This document shows, piece by piece, positions 11,174-23,100 of a DNA stretch of 64,000 nt. This DNA is from Amoebophrya sp. A120 (lineage: Eukaryota > Protista > Dinoflagellata): assembly GCA_905178155.1 (NCBI GenBank), contig CAJINV010000013.1:176344-240343 (forward strand), in the 5' to 3' direction. A model generated the notes under the pieces. That model was not told the origin of the DNA, did not search any database, and saw only the letters and a program-made list of their open reading frames with translations. The stretch's first letter is position 1. Each line of letters starts with the position of its first letter. Both the position numbers and the translations under genes were made by a program.

Positions 11174-14100
11174 TTAAGGTTGAGCTGGCCAGGCAGGTTG
11201 TGCTCCCTTTGCCTTTGCCACAAAAGCCGGCTGTGCTCCCTTCGCCTTTGCGACGCCCCAGGCAGGGGCCTTCGGCTTCGGCGGTGGTCCTGCTCCCAAA
11301 GGGGGGTCATCTGAAAAATTATTGATGAAGTTCGGTGGAGGTATCGGACGATGATGCTCTTCGTTGAATTGCGCACGAGCCGCATGGATGTTTCCGCCGT
11401 TTTTGGGAGTACGGGAAAACGTATTACGCACAAAGTCCGCGGTATCTCGATCTCCTGGCATCATAAGGTCCCCATACTTCGCAAACTGGTCGGCCTTTGG
11501 TTGCCCATGCGTCAAAGCTATAGCATTCTTCGCCACAGGAAAAGATGTCTTTGCAAGAAACTGAAGTCCAGCTTGCGCGGCCTTAAAACTTATTTTTGGA
11601 GGCGGAGCCGCTTTTTGTGCCACTGAGACAAACGTGTTTGCTTTCGCTGCAAGCGCATAAGCGTTCCAAGCTTGATTAGCTGCTTTCGCAATTGGTGTCT
11701 CCGGCTTATTGCGAACCTGTGGAAGGGTACCAGCCGGGGAATTCCGAGGAACACCATACACGAATCGCTGATCGCCTACACGCAGTGTAAAGTGCGGATC
11801 CCAGTGCGGCTGTAGATTCCAGTGCATATCCAGATGTGCCGGATCTGGACGTGGCTCGCCTTGAGCTTGAATGTGGTCTGCGACCGCATTCAGCATATCT
11901 TGATTTGGGTGCCAAAAAGGTTCACCCCCTGGATCTGGAATCAGTGATGGCGCGCCGCCCTTATAAAAGTTGTGTCGGCGAATCGAGCTGGCAATTGTCA
12001 TCAGCTGCTGGGGGTTATTCCGAATGTGGGCAGCCGTTTTGGCCCGCAGTGGTGCGCCCTTGCCCTGATCCCCGTACACTTGCGCCGCTACTGCGTTGAA
12101 CAAGCAAGCATTCTTGCCGGTGGGCTTTCCGGGGGAAGTGTACCCGTCCCCTACGGCTGCATTCGTTGCCACGTAGTGCCCGGGTTTACCGTCCTTGCCC
12201 TTATAAAATGTGACGTTGCACGGGGCACCGGGAAGGCCCTTGCCGATGGTGGTGAGCACATTCTGGTTCTCGTCGCGCAGCACCACGGGCTGTTGCAGCG
12301 TTTCAGTGAGCGCACCGATGTGGTGGAGGCTCGCCGGCTCCCCGCGGTCCAGGGCTCCCGCGGCATCCATCGCCGAGTCCAGGTCCTGCTGCAGCAGCAT
12401 TTTCCGCATCTTGGCCTGCTCCTTCGGTGAAAATTTCGCCAGTATCGCGGCGTGCTCCGCATTGCGCACCGTGGCGGCGAGCGCCCGGGCCGCTGGCTTG
12501 CCGCTGAACGCCATCGCCTGCTGCGTCTTCGCTTGAAAGATCCGGAGTTCATTATCGACCTTGTCGTCCCACGACTGCCACATTTTGTTGCTCAATCTCC
12601 CGATGCCAAATTGAACCGCGGGCATGATCGCTCCGTTCTGGATCATATCCGTCATTACTCCCGAAGCTCGCTGCGAAATCTCCTCGGCCGTTTTTTCGAC
12701 AGTAACCTCGGAAGTTTGGACTTGCGCCTGCTGTCCATGGGTCGCGTTGAAGTTAGCACCACTACCGCGGGAACTGCCATTTGCGTCCCCAGAGGACGAA
12801 CTGCTGCTATGTGCCTGCTGCTTGCTCGGCGGCACCGCTGCAGACCGTACCTTTTCCAACTGCAGCCTTATGTAGGTATCAACCGTTTCGCCGTCCACTT
12901 CTCGGACCCACAGAGGGGTCGCAGACCACTTCGGCCACTTTTTCTGAGTTTCAATGTTCTCCTGCAACTTGTTCGAAAGTCGCTGCTCGTACTCTTCCTG
13001 GTTCTCATCCTGACGCTTCCCCCCGAACCAGGTAATCCTGAGAAGTGAGGAGCCATTGAAAGAAGTTTGTGGTCATTACAAATACATGCCTGGCCTTCAA
13101 TATATTAAGTTTGATGTTGCAAAAATTTTCTGACTCATCTAGATGATACGTATTGGGGCATGACTACCTATGGACCAGCGTCTCAACGAAGCAACAAGAA
13201 GCATAGTCGTATACACAGCGTCGTAGTGGTTTTTGATGTAGTTGAAAATCTTCCTGTGTTCGGTTTGCATGGTGTTAGCAGCCCTCTGCAGTGCTGGCCC
13301 AAGTTGGTGGACAATTCCAGTTATCTGCGCTGCTACCTTGCTGATTTCCAAAAGCTGGACGGCCACCTCCAACGGACCTGGAAGGTCTATGGAATGAAAA
13401 AACTTTCTCTCACAGGAATCGGTTTCTCATGGGCGGCGCAGAGCCGTATTTCCGCTCGTTGCAGTGATTGTCAGAAGACTCTGAGAAGACCGATACTTGC
13501 TGGCAGGAGAGAAGACAAAAAAACGCCGGTGCGCTGCGTCACACTTATGCTTCTCATGATCTAGAAAAACCGTACAAAAGCATCACAGCGCGGTCACTCT
13601 TCCTCTCCTTTTGCAGACAGAGAAAAACTTGTAATGAGAGCAGGTTTTCATGTGAAGATACGAAGTGCCTTTGCAACGTTTCCGATGTAAGTTTTGATTC
13701 CGTTGGCCAGCTCGCGATTCCCGATGCTGTCGCCCGCCATCGTAGTCAGCTGTTGCTCCGGGTCGATCTCCGGGGAGAGAAGGGATTCGACAGCTTGAGT
13801 CAGCTTCTGGCGGTAAAAGCGGTTTCCAGCCGCGCCATCCACTTTCATCAACTCGCCCACTGCGGGCGAGCTTGTAAGAGTTCTGTACACGTCCGGCTTT
13901 AAATGCTCGTTGATTATCCTTTTCACGATCGGGCCAGCGCCCTCGGCAACCATCACTGCCGCTACGTGCGTAAAGGCCTCCTTCACTGCCGCTTGGACGT
14001 ATCCTGTGTAAAACCGTCCCCACGCCATGCTACTGCAAAACACTTTTCCTCCCCCTGTGCCAGCTGCCGCAGAGCCGATCCTCGTCATGCAAATCTACAC

Positions 14101-17100
14101 TCCCAGTCCCACTCCCACAATTTGCTTCATGCAGCTTCCGATGATAGTCATTTTCTAGCTGTGTTTGGAAATTTTAATTTACCACGATTACTACGAGGCG
14201 CAACTCCAGTTTTCATGCGCGAGTTCCGACCCTCGCGGAATTGTCTAGTAGTTACTTATCCATCTTGAGTATATGGTGGGGACGTTTTTACACAGGATAG
14301 GATGCCGGCCTTCGCTACGAGTTTTGCGCCGAGTACCAAGGCCTCCTTCGTGAACTCCAAGGCTCCTTGCAGGCCAGCGGCGGCGACCTGGGCTGCGGTG
14401 TTGAGCGCGGAGGCCCCGGCAGTAAGCAAGCTGACGCTGATCGACACCGCTTTGTTGATCCCCCATTGCGCCCAGGAAAACGATCGATTGATCACAATGT
14501 CCCTGACGGCTGTGATCATATCAGCGATGCCTTCGCATATCAGACTCGTGGCCAGGTTGCAGCCCCCGAAAATTGCCAAAACGGTGCCGCCCACCATTTG
14601 GGAGACCGCGATCGTCGTCATACCAGCAAAGTCCCACCAGTTTATCGGGGGCTTGGTGTCAAGCTGAAATACGCCAATCAGTCCCCATTCCTCGTGCAGT
14701 CGCAATTCGTGCTGCCCATGTATCCCAATGAAACCTCCCCCCTCCTCATACTTCAACGGGAATGCTACGTGCTGCTGTTGCGTGTGCAAAAATCATCTCT
14801 GTCTTGCGGCAAGGGGTCGCAGGCTTTTTTTCACCGGTGCTATTTATTGAGTCTGTCGGTCGACGTGTAGCAGCTTCTTCACCTGTTACGCGTCTCAGAG
14901 GTGCTTATCTGCTGTAGGCTGAAACGCGTATACAGAATGCCAGTATAATGCTCCCTGTTCTCCCGCTTTCTCACTAATCACAGCTGACTTTACTTACTTA
15001 GCTTTTCACCGGCACAGTTTAAGTAAGTACTATTTGTGGCTACAGATAAGCATCAGCATCAAAACTTTCCGCGTTGACGAGTATGAGATGGGGAAATTAT
15101 GCCCATGTTAAAATGCTTTTCGTCGGGTTATAAACGTGAAAGGTTTTTCCCTGAAAAAGGCACTCAATCAAGTTTCGCCGGGACACAACTTTCCAGGAAA
15201 GCGCTTGCTGTGAGAACAGGAGAGGTGATTCTCGTTCGGTCTCTTGCGACGAATAGAAAACCTTGAAGCAAGGAAAATCAATGGAAGAATATATCGCGTC
15301 GCGGTTTGATGCAGGCAGTGCTGTGAGTACTTTGCTTTGAATGAAAAACAGCTAGCCTCCTCTTCGTTTTGATGAACGGAACTGTTTCCGATGGTTTCCG
15401 ATGCGCCACACAGCTGCGCCTGAACTACTTTCGTGTTTTTAATACATGACAAAACATCACAAGATTGGGCATTTGGGTGGAGGAAAAAGCACATCTGTAT
15501 TTTTCGTCTTCGTAGTTCACAGGGACCCACAAGTCTGTCGAACCCCAATTTAGGCGACGCGATTGATCCCAGTGACAGCTCGTGGTTGTTCCGACGGGCC
15601 CACTCAAGCAGTCCAAGCGTTCGTTTTTCATATTGGGTTTTCTTCTGACTGTCGTTCTCGGTGTCCTCCCGGTCCTTCTTCAGATCTTCCAGTTTTCCTT
15701 CGACGTCTTCTTTCTGCTTTTGCAGGTTCTCACGCGTTTCCTTCTTGGTTTCCAAGTCCAAGGCCCACATCAGCTCGTCTGGCGGTACATTGCACAGATG
15801 GGGATACTCTTGCGTCTTGTCGTCGCTCAAAGTTACGCTTTCCTGCCCGAGGCGCTTTCCAAACTCTTTTCGCTGGTCCACAGATATGTCTTCTGCCTCG
15901 CGAATTTCTTTTTCGACCTCTCGCAGCCTCTCGGTGACTTCGGCCAAAGCTTCGCCCAGCCCTGCCTGTCTCTTGTCAAAGTCGGCATTGGGGTCTCCCA
16001 TCACATTCCGAATTTGGGCCGCCATGCCATGATAGATACTGATATGTGTATCCTACAAAAAAACGACCGTGTGATGAACTAGCAGCGTCGCGGAACAGAA
16101 TGAAACAAATTGACATTCATCAGATTTCATGCCAAAAAATGACGGAGTGTACAGATATAAATGAAAATGCCGAGGCCAAAGTTGCGAGGGCGTGAGAGCG
16201 TCTTCCCGTTTGTGAAAAAGTGTACCCCGAGTGACATTCCATGGCATTGTCATGATGCATACCCACCTGTAACTGAGGGAATCAAAGCTTTTGCGCCGTC
16301 GCCGCAAGCAGCTTCGGACACAGGAGATCTACATGCGGACGCATTGTCTTGTCATGCCGAGCGATGTTGCGCCGCTGCTGGTCTCACACAAAGACCAACT
16401 ACACCAGACACGGGTTCTTTCTCGGATAATGATGATTGTATTCTTGTGCGAGCTTCCCCTTTGTGCAGTCGACGTTTTTTCCTCTGATGACCTCCATGAG
16501 CGACACTTGCAAATCTTGAGCACATTTTTCGGTAATGATTCTGATCGCTTTCGGAAAGACCTTTTCGCACGCGGAGTCGTGCTCAGTCTCGTCCTTCCCA
16601 TACCGTCCCAGATGCGCGATCCCACGACTGTACCAGGCCTGCGCGCACATGCCGCCGCTGCAGTTGGCTGCGCACTCTTCGTCCCGATCGCAAGCCACGC
16701 CGAGCAGCTCTAATGCGCGGTCGAACTTGCGGTCCGTGATCGCCTTGTTTGCTTCTGCTAACAGAAAGTAGGGGTTGGGCGCGAGGGGGTACGTGTTTCT
16801 AGGGGTACGCGGGTCGTCCCGGGACGCCAGGACTCTGGAAACGAAATCGGTTTCGAAGAACTGCAAAGCATCGTCGCCGACGTAGTCGGGGGCCGCTCGT
16901 TTTTGAAATTCCGCACTGTTGGTGGCCATCCACATTCCGAACTGCTCCTCCACACCAAGCCGGTCCGGCGATTTCCACTCGTCGCCCTTCGGTCCCGTCT
17001 TCGGACATACCTGAACATGGCGCTTCCTAAGCGGGTATGGAAAGGAAAAGCAGTTTGTTGATTTTCTGTAGTCCGATCACTAGAATGAAACGTGCCAGGT

Positions 17101-20100
17101 TCATTCGGCAATCATTCGCTCGCCCACGTGTCTTGTTCATCCAAAAACTGCTCCAACAGGAAAATCGCTTTTTGAAAATAAATTCTGCGATTCAATATAA
17201 ACATGTCATCGAAATGCTGATATTCGCTACTTTACATGAGTTGTATCCGTTCATTTGTGCTTCTAGTAAATGATACATACATCATGAAGTGACTTGTTCT
17301 AATTCCACGGTCGTAGCGAAGTCTGGCGCTCGTGCTCTCACTGGACTTTGGAGGACGAATATGCTCACATACTGCTTTTCCACAATGTACCTCAAGCTCG
17401 TCCAGAAATTGCATCCAGCGGTCAAACATTCGGTCGCGCTGTAGGATTACGCTAATTTGTTTCGGGCCGTCGCGGATAACGCGTCGTTGGCCGATATCTC
17501 GCTTGTCAGAAATGTAGCTCATCCCCCCATCCGGGCCCAACCGATCATGGCGCCCAGGAATGTCCGCACCAGGCAACCCTCCTCCGCTAAGTATCAACTG
17601 CGCTGTGCCTCTGTTTCCCGTGCGGGAGGTGCGACCAACATTTTGTTGTTGGACCCGGTCGTTCAGGGGGCGGAAGGTGATGATGACGTGCAAGCCTCCG
17701 TTCTTCTCGACCTCGTCGGTGAGGTTGATATCCGTGCCGCGACCTGCGATGTTGGTTGCCACAATAATGGTGCCGGGCTCGAGTTTTCGTTTCTGGTCGC
17801 CAGACCCTGCCGCCGCTGCTCGTTCGGATTGTTCCGTGTAGAGGGACAGCTGCAGCGCAGCGTCGGTTGCGGTGAGTACGTCTTGGGGATTCGGTTCGTC
17901 AATCTTCTTTGTAAACTGGTTATGAAACTTCTTAGCAACTTTTAAGGATTTGCAAATCACCAGGACGGCGCGCCCTAGTTTTGCCTGCACCAAAGTCTGC
18001 TGCAGAACGGCTTCCGTCCACGCCTTTTCTGTGGTATGGAAAATTCCGCGGAGCATGTGAAACTGCTTTGACTTGAAGCCTGGCACAAAGAAAAAGTCCA
18101 ACTTGTAGGTGTCGCCCAGAAAGTCACTCGTCTCTGCATCGCCAAGCGTCCCCGTGAGGCCGAAGATCTTCTCGTACTTTTTGAAAAATCCAGCATTGGA
18201 CACGTAATTCGTCGTGAATCCATTTGAGGTGATCGTCAGGCCGTGCTTAAGTTGCAAGAACTGGGCGAGACCGCCGGTGTACTGTGAGGTGTCTGAGATA
18301 CACCCTGTGTTCGTACTGTCAATCAACTCGAGCTTGATCTCTCCCGGTCCGTTCTTCAACCTGTAATGCTCCTCCGGTTCCAAACGGTACATGGCATCCA
18401 CCGACGCTAATGCCCACTGAACGATTCCTGCGCGAATGATGTAGTCTCGATGGTGCCTCATGTGATGAATCCGTGGAACTGGCTTAGCGTCTGGCTTTCC
18501 GGGATCGTCCGCGTCTGCATAGGGAGGCGAAAAGTGTCCGCACTGCAGAAAACACAAAATATGACCCTGCTGCTGCTGTTCAAAGAAACAGTGCGTTGCA
18601 AATCTTGTATGCAATGCAAGCAAAGAACTACAGCGTTGCTGTGCAGCTTTCGCACATACACAGGTAGTACAGTGACTTTGCTATATATCTTCATCTGCAT
18701 CTGGATTTTTATATAGACATACATGGCTGGTAGCTCATCCTCATGGACCTGCTTGTGCGATTGAGTTCGCTCCCGTGTCAGGACCAAACTTCTCCTATCG
18801 CCGTGAATAGAAATGGGAGATAGACGAGCACTTTGCGAAAGAAAAAAGTACTTATTTTGTTTTAAAGCTATGGAGACACTTTTCTGTCTGGTACTTCAGC
18901 TTCCTTTCTCATTTCATCAGGTAGCTTTTTGCCAGGCAGTAAGCTGTTCTCGTGGTATTCAAAGTCGCGGACGCCCTGCCGCAACATGGCTTCAATTTTC
19001 TGGCTCAGGTAATTTGTCCAATCTTTGTACAGAGGCTTTTTACTGGTGTCTGTCGGATCTAGGCCCAGATGCTCGATGGGAGTGATTTGCTGTAACACGA
19101 CGTCGTCTGGGTCAACGTCACTCTCCGGGCCTGCGCCACTAGTCGAAGAGCTTCCGGGCGAGCCTGCCGGTGCCGGAGAGCTAGAGCCTTGGCTGGCCTT
19201 GACTACTTTCTTCCATTCCTTCTTGAATGCCATCCAATCGTTCCCGCAAGGCGGGAACTGCGGGTGAAGCTCAAAAGTTAATGTTCCGTACCCAGGAACG
19301 TCGAACTGCGTCTGTGCAGCGGAAAAAACTCCTACTGATATCGTGGCATCCTCGCCCACAACCAACTTTTTGCGAGTTGGCATCCTCGATGATTTTTTCC
19401 CCCATGCAGACATGCGGAGCAAATGACAGCAGCAAGAAATTGCAAATGGGCAAAGGGCAGAAGAAGTCGTTTTCGCGGAGTGCGGAAATTGAGTGACGTA
19501 ACATGCATTACGTGGAAAAAACACGACAAATCAATAGGAATGAATGATATATCTATCATGACAGGTTCTCTCAAATCCTCGCGTGCTGCGGGACTCGATT
19601 AAATTGAAACTGTGGTTGTGGTGCGCACGGATAAATATCCACTGATGTCCACACAATATCGCTCGTTTTGTTACCTTGCATATGTGTAAGTTCTTTTTGG
19701 CGTTGAGCATTATGCCCCAGGCAACTGTGATGAAATTTTGTAGGTAGTGCGCCCCCGGTGCAGAGCTGCCTATGAGAGCCTGCGACCCCTTGCCGTCCAC
19801 CATTAGCGAATCGCTCTCGTCTATGATGGCCACTTGGTACGGACGCATCTCGGCACCTCGACCTCCGCCTTCCTGATGCTCTTCTGCAAAGCGGTAGCGA
19901 AGGTCCGCAAACTGAAACTGGGCGGCGTCTCCATAGACAATGCGGCTCCCCCAGCTTGTGTTTTCACCAATAGCAGGCGCCGAAAAACCAAATAGACCGA
20001 AAAACTCTTTCATTTCCTCGGCAGCCGGCTTTGCTAGCTCCTCAGACGCTGTAATAATGTCCACCGTCTGATTTCGGAGCGCCAGGATTGCTGCAAGAAT

Positions 20101-23100
20101 TGCTACAATCATAGTTTTGCCCTCGCCGGTTGGTACCTGACCAAGCCGCCCAACAGCAGCCGGACGGCTTTGCCCGGGAGCTGGGCCGGCAGGCCGCGGG
20201 CCACGAGCAGACACGCGTCGGCGTTTCCGCGCGTTATATATTGGTCCCTGAAAGGGTATTTCCATTACCTGTGCGCTGTCTAGATGAACTCGGCAAGGCT
20301 GGGAGAAGTCTGGCAGGATCCCCGATCCGACCTCGTTTCACCTGGTCGGTCGGATCAGTGGGAGAAGCTGGTGCGGTCTGCATGACAGTGTCCGACGAGG
20401 ACGCGTTCGCTGGTCCCACGGGCTGCTGCGCGTTGCTACTTTGTCCTGGCGCCGCTCCCGCATTCCCGCTCTCCATCGTTGCGTCTTCCTCTTCGTGCTG
20501 CAGATTCAGTTTCTCAAACGCATCGAGCTGTGCGAGTATAGCGAAGAGCTGCGTGGCGCGGGGTCTTTTGCCTCCATTGGTCTTCGCAAAACCCTCGCAA
20601 ACTACCGCGATAACCTCGTAAATGTTTACCTGGCTGCTGTCCTCCCTGGAGCGCCGCTTAACTTCCGCAGCCCAGGGTGCCCAGCCGGTGAAGCCCCGCA
20701 GTCGCTGGCCGGGGAGGACGGTTTGGTCCGCGTCAAGGACCTTCTGTCGTTGGCGTACCAGGTGCTCGGACGCGCTGGTTAGCAGCGGTGCTGCAGAACT
20801 CGTGGGATTCCGGAGGGCTTGCTCTTGGATGCTATCCGCGGCTTGCTGCGCCGTGAGCTCTACACCCCCAGGAAAGGCGACTTTGACGAAGCGCTCGTGC
20901 AGCTGTCGGATCCACACGTCGCTTGGCTTCTGGCGGAGAAACTGCGTGACTGTCTTGTGCTCATTGCGGACCTGCTGCAGTGCTATCGGTGTTGGTGCAT
21001 CTTGGTGAGGACTTTTGAAATCGTGATCAAGAACGTCCCAATCTACGGAGAACTGGTAGTCCAGAAGCAGCTGTAGCGTTCGTTGCGCTGTCAGCAGCGG
21101 GGCCGCCGCGGTCTTGAATCGGTCCACAACGAGCAGCACCTCTTGGAGTGGCCAAACGCGAAGCAGCGCCGAAGCCAAATTGGTGATATCCTCCTGTGCT
21201 TTCTTGGCAATATCCTCATTAGCATTCAGTGCCCTCCAACCGCGGAGCCGGATTTGCAGGACCTCCTCCGCCACCCGAAGACACGCCCACTTCATCCATG
21301 TCCTATTTCGACCGTCAGGCCTCGCTGCAGAAGCTGCAATGGTCTTGATGAAGGTCGTGCCGTGCAGCAAGGTTGCGTGTGTGGAGAGAAGCTGAAAAAA
21401 ATCACCCGCCTCAGCTAGCCCGCTTGGCGAGGCCACCGCCTTCGAGAATGTTATGAAACTTTAGAGAACAAATTGCCCCACTAGTGCTTCTCGCGCTTTG
21501 CTTTTGTGTGTTCTGATAAACGATCGAACATATGCTTGGCAGACACGTTGCTTGTATCATGCTAAGGAGATCAAATCGTGGTCGATATGCTAGTAGCCAT
21601 GAAGACATGCAATCGAGTTGTACAGGGCTGAATTTCATTTTGCAAAAAGACACACAGTACGGGAGCAGATAGAGCAAAATGGTTTAATTGCCGTTTGCAT
21701 AAGAACATCCTCCAAGCTAGAAGTGTTTTCGAAGGTGAAAAAGAGGTTTTCGGTGGGCGTCGTCGACACGTGAGCGTCCTTCCAATCACATATGGCACTG
21801 TGCATCCGCCCAAGCGTAGCACTGTCGGGTCGAAGCACACGCAGCTGGTCCGCGAGCCAGTTCAGCTGCAGTCCCGGCAGTGGCGAGGCCTCGTGCCAGC
21901 GCCGCAAAATGAGTTTCGCGTTTGCTAAGACTCCCCGGTCTGGGGAGACGTCCAGAAGCGTGAATGCCTGCGCGAGCGTGCTGAAGTCGCGGACTGCAGG
22001 AACTGTTTTTACGGTACTAGGTTCAGCCCCCGTGGCGGATTTCGATACTGCGACGTTATTTGAACTTGCAGATGCCGCAGGGCTTGGTGAGGATGTCGAA
22101 CTACTAGCGGTTCCACTTGAGGAGCTAGAAGAGGAAGAAGGCGTGGCTGGGGGAGGAACTGCCCCATTCTTGTGTGGTGCCGGGGCCGGGCTCGTTGACT
22201 CCACGGCTACACTCACGTTTGCCCAGTTTCCGATCAGCTCGATGATCTCCTCCAGATGGTCTACGGCACAGCGTAGGCGTCTGCTTTGTGCTGCGTGGTC
22301 CCTGCAAATGCGCTCGTAGACATGGGCAATCAGAGTTGTCCAAGCCGCGTTCATTTCCCGAAATCCGGACTTCTCCACTGCATGCTCGGTTGCAGGAAGC
22401 TTGTTTCTTGCGAAAACGGACCCAAAAACGAAGCGAAACTGGTACTCCAAGGAAAGGTACTGCATGTGATCCGGATCGCTGGGTGCTGGTTTTGCAGCCG
22501 GCGCTGCCCCGTTAGATGCGCTATTTGCAGCTTGTTGCGGCGATGCAGGAGCCGCCACTTGCGGCAGAAACCGCTGTGACAGGTACGCATCCGGTAATGC
22601 AAACGACAACCTTTGTACGTGATAGATGAGTAATTTCAGAGAGGTACACATCCAAGGGCGGCCACAACAGAGCCTGGCATCAATCCCCCGGACCGATGAG
22701 AGGGGTCTTGTTTTTGCACCGGCGCATGAAAGCAACTCTTCCCTGAAAGCAGATTCGTGGTCATCCCTATTGCAAAATATTAGATACCATGAGTGTAGTA
22801 GGTCTTCGAATGGCTCTATCGTGTGATGCGCATGAAGCCTTTATACATGAAGGTCCGTTGAAAAATTCACAACAAGCACAAGGCGTCGCTTCCATATCGG
22901 TGGCTGTTTGTTTACACCCCTCACAATTCGCATACTCAGCGTTCTTTGCAGGGTGTAACGCTGAAAACTGTTTGCGTCACCTTCCCGAAGTTGAAATACA
23001 TAGGGAAGTGCTGTTATCTGACCTCAGCGGAAATATCGCTGCATATGCTACCAGCAAAGCATGCAATATGCAAATTTGCCAAGAATAATTCTGTGTAAAA

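Noticed and set aside
17391-20180. Housekeeping secA gene or bacterial contamination
   Set aside because: It is interrupted by introns and embedded in a much larger protein, so no gene symbol was assigned.
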